Shown: positions 9,187 through 18,672 of the stretch, piece after piece
Layout of the letters: each line of letters starts with the position of its first letter
Numbering within the stretch: the first letter of the stretch is position 1
Assembly: GCA_002410925.1 (NCBI GenBank)
Contig: DHPR01000019.1
Location: 1 to 64,000, forward strand
Reading direction: 5' to 3'
From: a bacterium UBP13_UBA5359
GTDB lineage: Bacteria; UBP13; UBA5359
Length of the DNA stretch: 64,000 nt
Notes under the pieces: generated by a model
Told to the model about the DNA's origin: nothing
What the model saw: only the letters and a program-made list of their open reading frames with translations
The model's database searches: none
Program-made: the position numbers and the translations under genes

Positions 9187-9756
9187 TTACTGTCCTCGCT
9201 TGAATTTGACCAGCATATAGGCAGAAGCCGTTTCCTGACCAAGATTTTTTATAGAATGTCTGACATCAGCGTTGTAATGAGCTGAATCCCAGGCTTCAAG
9301 TTCTTTGCAATGTTCACCGGACACCACTTCCATCTTGCCGGATAAAACGGTGAGCAATTCCTCCGTCTGAGGAAAGTGGGGCTCGGATATCAGAATCCCT
9401 CCCTGTTGCAAGTGGATAATATATATCTCCTGATTCTCAACAAAACGATGGGGCGCCACAACCTGTATACGGCAACGCCCCTCGTCATAATCAAGCACTA
9501 CCGCTCTGTCCCTTCGGTGAATATCAAAGCGTCCCGTCTCGTCAACCTGGAGCAGTTCCTGCAAGTCCAGCCCCAGACCACAGGCTATCTTCCAGACTGT
9601 AGCAATGGTGGGATTAACTTTATCGCCCTCTATCTGCGAAAGCATAGCTTTAGAAACGCCCGAACGCCTGGATAGATCATCCAGAGAAAGGTGCTGTTTC
9701 TTGCGCAGCTTACGTATGTTATTAGCTAATGCAGGCGGGCTGCCGACAGTTTTCAT
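9187..9756 (-). CDS. XRE-HTH / cupin transcriptional regulator
   Basis: LSLDDLSRRSGVSKAMLSQIE..NPT followed by a cupin domain (PHF..TEE..HSIKN). Confidence 0.92.
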   Translation of the reverse strand: MKTVGSPPALANNIRKLRKKQHLSLDDLSRRSGVSKAMLSQIEGDKVNPTIATVWKIACGLGLDLQELLQVDETGRFDIHRRDRAVVLDYDEGRCRIQVVAPHRFVENQEIYIIHLQQGGILISEPHFPQTEELLTVLSGKMEVVSGEHCKELEAWDSAHYNADVRHSIKNLGQETASAYMLVKFKRGQ

Positions 9757-9869
9757 ATGTTGCTCCCAGAGCGCATCTCTATTCTACGCATCCATCTTGC
9801 ATGAATCATTAAGTCTTTCTCTCTTCACCCACTATTCTCCTGCTTTCTGCAGCAACCGATCTCTTTTAA

Positions 9870-11135
9870 TTACTTGGAATTAATCACGGATGGGATACGT
9901 GTTCTATAAACCTGATGCCCGAAATCAGGCAGGTTATCCAGCAGAAAGAGCATTCCTTGGCTACGCCAGTAATGATTATCAACCAGATAATCATATAGAA
10001 CTCGCTGCAGACTCGTCTTGCGCGGGGCCGTAACCGGATCAAAGGATTCTTGTAAAAACACAAACCATATGTTTTTACTAAGTGCAGGTATAGGATAGAG
10101 ATAGAGCTCCTGCAGCAGCTTTACAAGGTTTGAATCCTGCGGTAGCAACTCTTCTAATTGTGGACTGAAAATCCAGGAAGCGGAGGTGAAAGCCACCGGC
10201 AACCGATCAGGGAAGCGCGTCTTAAAGAAAGCTGCGGCACGCTGAAGAGAATCCCGGCAGGCCTCAAGTGACATACCGCCTCCTGACGGGATATGAATAT
10301 CAAGAACCCAGTCGCCACGCTTCAGCACCAGGTCCCACTCTGCTAAAGGCAGAGAGATCTCTTGCTGCAATCCATGACCTTGCGGTAACACCGGATACCC
10401 CTGCACCTCGGAACCGCTTGAACTTAAGGCGGATACCCATCCAGGCTCATCTCCGGGAACGGCTGTATCCCCATTCAGATAGCCGCTTTTACTATATTCC
10501 TGACCGGCTTCCGCCAGCGCGATCATTTCACCGCTGTTGCGATGACGATAAACCGTCACCCCGCCGCGAAAGGGCATCAGCCAATATTCAAGCCTGCCGA
10601 TGCGCAGAAAAATATTGCCGTTTATATAATTACGCAGCCAGGTTAGCTGATTGATGAACATACCTGAGTATCCATCGTGCGCCCGACGATAACTGCCGCA
10701 AATGCAGAATATTTGCCGAGCGGTCTCTCGTGTTATCTCCTCAGGTATCCGCAGCACCTTATGGTAATCTCGCAAACGAGGCACCATAGCCATACCGATC
10801 AACAGATAAAACAGACCTCTGTTATTATCCGAGATAATATTCAATACCGGCACCGTTTTTAGATGTTCATGACCCGTTTCAAATATCCGCCAATAACAAT
10901 ACCAGGCCAGACAGCACAAAGCCCGGTCGGCAGAGATCTGTGCCGCCACTGTCAATAAAGAAGTATCCATGGATTCTTCCAACCCGGACCATTGCCGATT
11001 TTCAACGACCGCTGCGGACTCAAGAAAGGGCAGGAGACCTTCAGGCATAACGGCCATAGCCTCTTCCCAAAAGGGTTTTATCGCCTCCAGCTTATCATCC
11101 TCACCGATTACTTTAATTACCTCTTCAGCCGTCAA
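9870..11135 (-). CDS. Putative acyltransferase (DUF5596/GNAT-like C-terminal family)
   Basis: RIGRLEY, LDIHIPSGG, SWIFSPQL, TSLQR motifs; TTG start with GGAGG RBS. Confidence 0.7.
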   Translation of the reverse strand: MTAEEVIKVIGEDDKLEAIKPFWEEAMAVMPEGLLPFLESAAVVENRQWSGLEESMDTSLLTVAAQISADRALCCLAWYCYWRIFETGHEHLKTVPVLNIISDNNRGLFYLLIGMAMVPRLRDYHKVLRIPEEITRETARQIFCICGSYRRAHDGYSGMFINQLTWLRNYINGNIFLRIGRLEYWLMPFRGGVTVYRHRNSGEMIALAEAGQEYSKSGYLNGDTAVPGDEPGWVSALSSSGSEVQGYPVLPQGHGLQQEISLPLAEWDLVLKRGDWVLDIHIPSGGGMSLEACRDSLQRAAAFFKTRFPDRLPVAFTSASWIFSPQLEELLPQDSNLVKLLQELYLYPIPALSKNIWFVFLQESFDPVTAPRKTSLQRVLYDYLVDNHYWRSQGMLFLLDNLPDFGHQVYRTRIPSVINSK

Positions 11136-11175
11136 GATATCTGCCCTCCCTCATAATCATTCTAATCTAATAAGA

Positions 11176-11202
11176 CTTCTATTGTTTTACAGATAATCCT
11201 TT
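11176..11202 (-). promoter_or_regulatory. sigma-H-like promoter AAAGGATTA-N11-ATAGAAG for the acyltransferase/XRE genes
   Basis: Matches RNAGGAWWW-N11-RNNGAAT except at the last base. Confidence 0.4.
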
Positions 11203-11258
11203 TAAAATCCTCTCTAACCTGCTCCAGGCTATCGTAAGCTCATATATAAGGAGTACGC

Positions 11259-11286
11259 TTGACAATTTCGTTCAGTATACTATACT
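11259..11286 (+). promoter_or_regulatory. sigma70 promoter TTGACA-N16-TATACT for the kbl-tdh fusion
   Basis: Near-consensus hexamers upstream of the AAGGAGGT RBS. Confidence 0.65.
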
Positions 11287-11356
11287 TATGTTTAAGATAA
11301 TTTTACACTTCTCTGGATTAATTGGGTATAGATATTACGGCAAGGAGGTATCTGAA

Positions 11357-13702
11357 ATGGAAAGGCTCTATAACAGGTTGGCTGAATCTCTTCAGAAGCG
11401 GGAAGAGGAAGGGTTGCGCAAATTCGAGCGGGTCATCACCTCAGCCCAGGGAAACGAGATCAAGGTGGAGGGCTTGAAGAAGCCGGTACTGAATTTCTGC
11501 AGCAATGATTATTTAGGCCTTTCCAATCATCCCAAAGTATTATCGGCAGCAAAACGCGCACTGGATACCTACGGCTACGGTCTCTCTTCCGTGCGTTTTA
11601 TCTGCGGCACTCAACGTATTCATCGAGATCTGGAAGAGCGCCTGTCGGATTGGCTGGGTTTTGAGGATACCATCGTCTACACCTCCTGCTTCAATGCCAA
11701 CGGCGGCCTCTTTGAGAGCATTCTGGGCGAGAACGATACCCTGGTAAGCGCCCGTTTGAATCATGCCAGCATCATTGACGGAGCACGCCTGACCAAATGC
11801 CGACGCCTGATTTATAAAGAGGATGATCCAAAGGACCTGGCCAGGGTATTGATGGAAGCTACGATGCAGGATACCGATACTATTGTTATCACCGACGGCG
11901 TCTTCAGTATGGAGGGAACGCTGGCGCCGCTGGATAACCTGCTGCCGATATGTAAAAAACATGAAGCACTGCTGGCGGTGGATGATTCTCATGCCGTAGG
12001 CCTGGTGGGCAGCGGCGGTCGCGGCACCCCGGAACGCTTTGGAGTGGCTGTGGATATTCTGACCGGCACCCTGGGCAAGGCGCTGGGAGGAGCCTGCGGC
12101 GGCTACATCTCCGGTAAACGAGAGCTGATCGAGTGGTTGCGCAATACTTCAAGGCCGTATCTCTTCTCCAATTCCCTGGCTCCATCCCTGGTAGCGGGCG
12201 GTCTGGCATCTATAGATATAGTCGCTTCAGATGAGGGAATGGAATTGAGAGGCCGCCTGAACGATAATACAGCTCGCTTCCGCCAGGCTATGAGAGAATC
12301 AGGCTTCAATATCCCCGATGGAGAGCATCCTATTATTCCCGTTATCCTGGACGATGCCCGGACAGCCGGCGAAATGGCGGAAAGGTTGTTGCAGTTGGGT
12401 ATCTACGTTACCAGCTTCAGCTATCCTGTTGTCCCCAGGAAGAGCCCGCGTATCCGCGTTCAGATTTCCGCCGCCCATACGCCAGAGCAGATAGACCGAG
12501 CGATAGAGGCCTTTGCCGTTGCCGGAGGAGAGCTGGGCATAGTAAACAGAGGCTCTACATATGATGCCGCTCCTCTTTTCCCTGCAGAAACAGCTACCAT
12601 GCGAGCCTGGGTATACAGAAGCAAACGCAGGCAGAATGGAACACACCTCAGTCTGGAGCAGGTGCCTGTACCCGTACCCCACCCGGGAGATCTGCTGCTG
12701 AAGATATCACGCGTTACCGTCTGCGGCACAGATGAAGATCTCTTTCATGGTAAATTCAGTGATGTTCACGACGGTATCATCCCCGGACATGAGATTTTCG
12801 GTGAGATAGTTGACCTTGGCTCTAACGTCCGGGGCTTTGAGATCGGGCAGAAAGTAGTAGCGGAATCTCATTATCTCATCCCGGGATACGTAGAAGAGGG
12901 AATTATAGGATTGTGGGGACCCAAGCTTCCCAAAGGCGGATATTTGCTGCCGCTCAATGGCGGCTACGCCGAATATACAGCCATTCCTTCTTACTGCGCC
13001 CTTGTGGTGCCCGAATCTTTGGACCATCCCGACTTCTTCCCCTCCCTGCTGGAGGGCGCAGGCAACGATTGTCTTATTGCCAAGTATCTGCTGGATCACA
13101 ACCTTCTGGGCAGCGTAGCTGTACTGGGATGCGGTCCGCACGGTCTCTTCACTCAGATGTTCTGCAAACACTTTGGAGCAGCCAAAGTGGCTGCCTTTGA
13201 AATTAACTCCTCCCGGGCAGAGTTTGCCGCCGGCTTTGGAGCAGATCGCATAATCAATCCTCTTGCCGCTGGCTTTGAAAAACAGGTGGAAGAGTTCACC
13301 GCAAGCAAAGGCTTTGACGTGGTCATCGATACAGCCGGGGCCCGGCGTGAAGTGCTGGAAACCTGCTTAAAATTGGTCAGGAGTGGTGGCACACTGGTGC
13401 TCTTCGGCCTCTACGGCGACAAGTCTATACTCCTTAACGGATATACCATTAACGATATTATCTTCAACCAGCGTGATTTGGATATTGAGTATGCCGGCAA
13501 AAGAATCCATGTCAGAGGCATCACCGGACGCGAGGGCATCTGGCCTTATCTCATAGATGCAGTGGCTCTATCCAAAGAGCTGCAGCAGAAGATGATGAAA
13601 CCGGTGACGGTCATGGGGCCATTAGATAACCTGGGTGCGGATACAGCTACATATGACAGAGAGAAGATTATGAAGAGGGCTTATACGGCATTTTCACGGT
13701 AA
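11357..13702 (+). CDS. kbl: Fusion of glycine C-acetyltransferase (2-amino-3-ketobutyrate CoA ligase, Kbl) and Zn-dependent threonine-dehydrogenase-like MDR domain
   Basis: NFCSNDYLG, SVRFICGT, NHASIIDG, DDSH, GTLGKALGG; then VCGTD, PGHE, GCGPHG. One uninterrupted frame. ATG 11357 follows AAGGAGGT. Confidence 0.9.
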   Translation: MERLYNRLAESLQKREEEGLRKFERVITSAQGNEIKVEGLKKPVLNFCSNDYLGLSNHPKVLSAAKRALDTYGYGLSSVRFICGTQRIHRDLEERLSDWLGFEDTIVYTSCFNANGGLFESILGENDTLVSARLNHASIIDGARLTKCRRLIYKEDDPKDLARVLMEATMQDTDTIVITDGVFSMEGTLAPLDNLLPICKKHEALLAVDDSHAVGLVGSGGRGTPERFGVAVDILTGTLGKALGGACGGYISGKRELIEWLRNTSRPYLFSNSLAPSLVAGGLASIDIVASDEGMELRGRLNDNTARFRQAMRESGFNIPDGEHPIIPVILDDARTAGEMAERLLQLGIYVTSFSYPVVPRKSPRIRVQISAAHTPEQIDRAIEAFAVAGGELGIVNRGSTYDAAPLFPAETATMRAWVYRSKRRQNGTHLSLEQVPVPVPHPGDLLLKISRVTVCGTDEDLFHGKFSDVHDGIIPGHEIFGEIVDLGSNVRGFEIGQKVVAESHYLIPGYVEEGIIGLWGPKLPKGGYLLPLNGGYAEYTAIPSYCALVVPESLDHPDFFPSLLEGAGNDCLIAKYLLDHNLLGSVAVLGCGPHGLFTQMFCKHFGAAKVAAFEINSSRAEFAAGFGADRIINPLAAGFEKQVEEFTASKGFDVVIDTAGARREVLETCLKLVRSGGTLVLFGLYGDKSILLNGYTINDIIFNQRDLDIEYAGKRIHVRGITGREGIWPYLIDAVALSKELQQKMMKPVTVMGPLDNLGADTATYDREKIMKRAYTAFSR

Positions 13703-13829
13703 GAGAGCAAATGAACCGTGTTACCTCATTCCGCAGCTCTTTTCACGCCATTGGTCTGCCCGTAACTTAAGAGTAATTTACATTCGCTGCAGGCGCTCAA
13801 GCATATCTTTATTTAACTTTGCCGTTCCA

Positions 13830-15194
13830 TCAGACGCAGAGTTCGTTATTAAAGCCATTGGCAGCTATGATGCCTTGATACCAAAAGGCCGAATCCTTGA
13901 GAACCCGCTGCTGAGTAGGATAATCGATATAGATGATGCCGAAGCGCCGGTTATAGCCAAATGACCATTCGAAGTTGTCCATAGCAGACCAGAGGAAATA
14001 GCCTCTTATGTCTACCCCATCAACAGAAGCTTTGCCATATTCTTGCAGATAACAACTAAGAAAATCGATACGCTGTGGATCATGCACCCGACCATCGTCA
14101 TGTACCCAGTCACAATTAGCCATGCCGTTCTCGGTAACGACTATAGGCAAATGGTAACGCTCGTAAAGAAACTTAGGCCCCCAGTAGAGAGACGAAGGCA
14201 CTACTTCCCATTCCATAGCTGTCAAAGCAGCCCCTATATTCTTGGATATTATCTGCCTGCTCCCATTAGAAGAGACACCGACAACCTGGCCGTGATAAAT
14301 ATTGGCGCCATAGAAATCGAGAGGCTGGCAGATAGTTTCCATATCCCCTGTCTTGATCTTAGGCAAATCCGCCTGAAAAAGATTCAAGCCGTCTTCCGGA
14401 TAACGTCCCCAGATCATTGGATCGGCAAACCAGGTGTTATTCCAGCAGCTCTTCTCCGTAACCGAAAACATCTCTTCCCTGGCAACCTCTATCTCCAGCT
14501 TACTATCGCCGGTAGGTATACTGGTTATCCCTACCGGAGCAGCACCGACTGCAGGCTGCCTGCGGGCTCGGGCGCGGATAGCCTGTACAGCCTTGCCATG
14601 CGCCAGCAACGTATTATGGGTTGCCAGCAGGATTTCTGGAAAATCCAGACTCAATCCGGGGGCATGTATGCCACTCTGATGCCCCAGACCAATAAAGCAT
14701 TGCGGCTCATTCAGAGTTATCCAATGCTGAACACGATCAGATAATCTATCGACGATTACAGCAGCATAATCTGCAAACCAGTCAGAGCTATCGCCATTCA
14801 ACCAGCCGCCACGGCAGAAAAGGGAATATGGATAATCCCAGTGAAAAAGAGTTACCCAAGGTTGTATGCCTCTCTTCAACAATGCATCGGTCAAGCGGTC
14901 GTAGAAGTCTAAGCCTTTTTTATTAACCAGGCCGATACCTTCAGGGATAATACGCGGCCAGGAGATTGAAAACCGGTAAGCTCCCAATCCTATTTCACCC
15001 ATTAGAGATACATCTTCCTCATAGCGATGATACTGGTCACAAGCGGTATCTCCCGTATCCCCACCCATAATTTTTCCTGGCCAACGGCACATCATATCCC
15101 AGACAGAAAGCCCTTTGCCATCTTCATATGCCGCTCCTTCAACCTGATATGCAGCTGATGCCGCTCCCCAGACAAAGCCTTTAGGAAAGCTCAT
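13830..15194 (-). CDS. GH1 beta-glucosidase
   Basis: AYQVEGA, TLNEP (acid/base), VTENG (nucleophile), DNFEW. Confidence 0.96.
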   Translation of the reverse strand: MSFPKGFVWGAASAAYQVEGAAYEDGKGLSVWDMMCRWPGKIMGGDTGDTACDQYHRYEEDVSLMGEIGLGAYRFSISWPRIIPEGIGLVNKKGLDFYDRLTDALLKRGIQPWVTLFHWDYPYSLFCRGGWLNGDSSDWFADYAAVIVDRLSDRVQHWITLNEPQCFIGLGHQSGIHAPGLSLDFPEILLATHNTLLAHGKAVQAIRARARRQPAVGAAPVGITSIPTGDSKLEIEVAREEMFSVTEKSCWNNTWFADPMIWGRYPEDGLNLFQADLPKIKTGDMETICQPLDFYGANIYHGQVVGVSSNGSRQIISKNIGAALTAMEWEVVPSSLYWGPKFLYERYHLPIVVTENGMANCDWVHDDGRVHDPQRIDFLSCYLQEYGKASVDGVDIRGYFLWSAMDNFEWSFGYNRRFGIIYIDYPTQQRVLKDSAFWYQGIIAANGFNNELCV

Positions 15195-15252
15195 TTATAT
15201 CTCTTCCTCCTTTACCGATATATCAGTATATTCTCCGTTATACTCTTTCACT

Positions 15253-16377
15253 TTACATCAGTGTCTCCACCATAAGCTCTATAATATCACATACGTCGAT
15301 ACGCTCTGTCGCTTGCGCGGAAAGGGCACCTTTGGTGATCGGGCATACCGTCACCAGGCGATCTGCTCCTGTTGCTACAGCTCCATCTATAATTCTGGCT
15401 GCAAGCGACCGGCTGATCTGCGGATACAATTGCTGTAAAACTCCCCCGGCTTCGCCGCAAGAAGCAGCCTCCTCCCTATTCCATCTCATTTCAACCGGCT
15501 CAATTCCAGGTATTGCAGACAGTAATTGCCTGGGCAGTTCATGCAGGCCATGAAAACGAGTGAGATAGTCATCATCATGATAAGTAACTGTCTTTTTCAA
15601 TTGCTTCTGCAACTTGATCTTTCCTTTCGCTATCAAATCACTGATATACTCAACGGCATGCAACACCTCTATCTCTGTGGCAAAAGAAACACTCATTGCT
15701 TCATAATTGCGCTTGAAAGCATCGTAACAGCTCGGGCAGTTGGTAACAATCTTTTTGCAACCTGTAGCCTTTATCTGCTGAAAAAGCTTGTTGGCCCAAT
15801 CTTTAGCTGCCTTACGATAACCGAGAAGATACAATGGCTTACCGCAGCATACCTCTCCAGGCAATATAGTAAAGCTCTCTTCTGCTTGCTTCATGATCTT
15901 GGTCATGGCCTCAGCTAGTTCGGATTGCAGATAAGTTGTATGGCACCCGGCAAAATAGAGCACCTCCGCCTTATCTAACGGAGCTTTGCCTGCCTGCATC
16001 TCAACAGGAATATCCTTTTTCAGCCCCAATATATTACCCTTGTCCAGAATATTATCCTTGATTCCGACAACTTCAGCCGAAGCCTTCTCCTGCTCAATAA
16101 TATCGGCTCTGGCAGCCTGTATCAGAGACGGCATATCGTAATTCCCCACACAATTGTTTTTACAAGCGCCGCAGGTTGTGCAACGGTAGAGAGGAGCTAT
16201 CGTTTCCTCATCCAGTTGCATGGTCTTGTTAAGTATACTATGCAGTAGTATGGCCTTACCGCGTGGGGTATCGGCCTCATGTTGCGTCTCTGTTCCCACG
16301 GTGCAGACATGCCGGCACATGAAGCATGTCTTGCAGGCGTTAATCACATCAGTGTATTCTTTAATATACATTTTCAA
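15253..16377 (-). CDS. Fe-S oxidoreductase (GlcF/GlpC/HdrD-like, CCG domains)
   Basis: CKTCFMCRHVC, CTTCGACKNNC, CCG, CPSC. Confidence 0.9.
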   Translation of the reverse strand: MKMYIKEYTDVINACKTCFMCRHVCTVGTETQHEADTPRGKAILLHSILNKTMQLDEETIAPLYRCTTCGACKNNCVGNYDMPSLIQAARADIIEQEKASAEVVGIKDNILDKGNILGLKKDIPVEMQAGKAPLDKAEVLYFAGCHTTYLQSELAEAMTKIMKQAEESFTILPGEVCCGKPLYLLGYRKAAKDWANKLFQQIKATGCKKIVTNCPSCYDAFKRNYEAMSVSFATEIEVLHAVEYISDLIAKGKIKLQKQLKKTVTYHDDDYLTRFHGLHELPRQLLSAIPGIEPVEMRWNREEAASCGEAGGVLQQLYPQISRSLAARIIDGAVATGADRLVTVCPITKGALSAQATERIDVCDIIELMVETLM

Positions 16378-17813
16378 GCCCCCTTGAATCCCATCTTGCC
16401 GGGATTCATAATATTATTCGGATCAATAGCTTCTTTAATTTTCTCAAAGATGCTGAATGCCTCTCCGTATTGCTCTTTCATCAGCCTGCCCAGCTTCAGA
16501 CCTATGCCGTGATGCTCGTTAAGCACTCCACCGGCATTTATAGCCGCCCGCACACCCGCATCCCAGACGCTATTGTAAAGCTGCGCTGCCTCATGTGGAT
16601 CCTGTGGAGGATTGTCTATAATAAAGCGGGCGTAAAGCATGCATCCCCACTCATACCAGTGTGAGAAATGCCCTATATAAACAGCCTCAGGAAAGTTATT
16701 CTCAACAGCTCTCTTCATGGCCCAGTAGACATTCTCTATATTGGAGAAGGTGGCTACCGTATCCAGAGTGCCAAAGGCCTGCGGCAGGGCAAACATATGG
16801 GGTGGGTAAAAAAAATCGTAACGATGCTTCCACCAGCTTCGGCCCATCTCGCTGCCGAGATCTTCGGAATCCTGCTTCAGGCAGATATCTATAGCTCGTT
16901 TCTTCTCTATTTCCACTATTTCTCTATCGCCTTCAAAGCCAAATACTAGATATGCCCCCTGCTTATCGATGCCCAAAACTCTCTTGATGAGTTTTTTAGT
17001 CTCAGCTTCATCATAAAGCCTGATGACGGATGGTCTCAACCGGCTGAGCATAATTTCTTTGCCTGCCTGCATAGCTGCATGCATATCTTTGAAGATAAAA
17101 GCATGGAATTGCCTCTCCGCAGGCAGAGGATGCAGCTTCAAAGTAGCCTTTGTTATGACACCCAGAGTTCCTTCCGATCCTATAAACAGCTGGTTGAGAT
17201 CAGGACCGGCCGCGTGCCGGGGCACCGGCAGAGTATTGATGATCTTTCCATCCGGAAGTACTACCTCCATGGACATGATCATGTCTTCAATTTTGCCGTA
17301 TTTGGTAGACAGCACTCCTGTTCCTCTATGGGCCAGAAAGCCTCCCAGGGTAGAGCAACTGATAGACGCGGGATAATGCATGGTAGACAGACCTTCCCCC
17401 TCCAGCTCCCACTCCAGATGCTGAGTAATAATACCTGTCTCAGCCGTAACACTGAAGGTATCCCTGTCGATGTTCAAAACTCTGTTCATCTTCTTGGTAT
17501 CCAAAATTATACCGCCGTATACAGGCAGAGCACCTCCCTGAGAACCGGCACCTCCTCCCCAGGTAACTACCGGTATCTTATAGTTACCGGCTATCTTCAG
17601 TATTCTGGAGACTTCTTCCGTCGTTTCGGGATGAACAATGAAGTCTGCCATAGGGTTGGGACACCCTCTATCCAGCCACATCTCGGGTATCCAGTAATAA
17701 TCACAGGAATAGGCCGCCTTATCCGCCTTATTACCGGTTATATCTTCCCTGCCTACGACATCCGCCAGTTCGCTGTAAAGCATTTCTTGCAAATAACTAT
17801 TTGATGTTTTCAC
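16374..17813 (-). CDS. FAD-binding oxidoreductase (alkyl-DHAP synthase/GlcD-like)
   Basis: GPDLNQLFIGSEGTLGVIT, HFSHWY, EHHGIG, DPNNIMNPGK. Confidence 0.9.
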   Translation of the reverse strand: MKTSNSYLQEMLYSELADVVGREDITGNKADKAAYSCDYYWIPEMWLDRGCPNPMADFIVHPETTEEVSRILKIAGNYKIPVVTWGGGAGSQGGALPVYGGIILDTKKMNRVLNIDRDTFSVTAETGIITQHLEWELEGEGLSTMHYPASISCSTLGGFLAHRGTGVLSTKYGKIEDMIMSMEVVLPDGKIINTLPVPRHAAGPDLNQLFIGSEGTLGVITKATLKLHPLPAERQFHAFIFKDMHAAMQAGKEIMLSRLRPSVIRLYDEAETKKLIKRVLGIDKQGAYLVFGFEGDREIVEIEKKRAIDICLKQDSEDLGSEMGRSWWKHRYDFFYPPHMFALPQAFGTLDTVATFSNIENVYWAMKRAVENNFPEAVYIGHFSHWYEWGCMLYARFIIDNPPQDPHEAAQLYNSVWDAGVRAAINAGGVLNEHHGIGLKLGRLMKEQYGEAFSIFEKIKEAIDPNNIMNPGKMGFKGA

Positions 17814-17851
17814 AAATACATACTCCCTTTCGATTAACCTTGTAGCAGCCG

Positions 17852-18634
17852 CTACGACTTTATCTTTTCCTTACTAACAACAATGGTACTGTTGTTATGT
17901 TTAAGAAGATAAGAAGCAGGCAGGTATGGAGTAACTCTGCCGCGCCTTATTTCAGCCAGCGGCCTTTCCTGTTCTTCAAAGCATGCCAGCAGCATTATCT
18001 CTCTTGTCTCCAGGATGCTCTTCATTCCCATGGTAATGGCTTTAGTAGGAACTTCAGCCGTATTACCATTTGCGGCCAGACCGGCATTGGTCTTAATAGT
18101 TAGTTCCTTCAGCCCAACAATCCTAGTAGGTAATTGAGCAAAGTCTTCTGCCGCTATCAGCTCTTCGGATATCGGCTCATTAAACGCTATATGCCCGTTA
18201 AACCCTATACCCAGCAACTGAAAATCAAGACCACCCGCATCGGCAATAAGCCTGTCGTAATCTTCAGGACAATTCGGGTCGGGGAAATTAATATTGCGAG
18301 TATTAAATCCCCGATCCGGTTTAAAACCCTGAAACAGATTTTCCGTCATATAACGCCGATAGCTAAGAGGATGCATAATATCTAAAAGACATCTATCATC
18401 GCTCATATATTCATCCAGGTTATATGTATGTAATTGCGTCAGGTCCACCTCCCTTTTATTCAGCATATCGGCCAGCAAACTGTAAAGCAGTATCATTGTC
18501 TTGCCGGTTGCCAGACCTAAATGCGTGGGTTTGCCCGACCTGTTGTTTTGCTCGATTACAGATACTATTCTAAGCGCTGCAATCGAACTCATTACCTCAT
18601 AATCCGCCGCTTTGATCCATTTTATATTCATCAT
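17852..18634 (-). CDS. nagB: Glucosamine-6-phosphate deaminase family protein
   Basis: GLATG, NLDEY, LGIGFNGHIAFNEP, AITMG, PASYL. Start moved to ATG 18634 (GGAGG RBS). Confidence 0.85.
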   Translation of the reverse strand: MMNIKWIKAADYEVMSSIAALRIVSVIEQNNRSGKPTHLGLATGKTMILLYSLLADMLNKREVDLTQLHTYNLDEYMSDDRCLLDIMHPLSYRRYMTENLFQGFKPDRGFNTRNINFPDPNCPEDYDRLIADAGGLDFQLLGIGFNGHIAFNEPISEELIAAEDFAQLPTRIVGLKELTIKTNAGLAANGNTAEVPTKAITMGMKSILETREIMLLACFEEQERPLAEIRRGRVTPYLPASYLLKHNNSTIVVSKEKIKS

Positions 18635-18672
18635 GGTCCTCCCGCTAATTAAAGCATAACTACATAGGCAGC

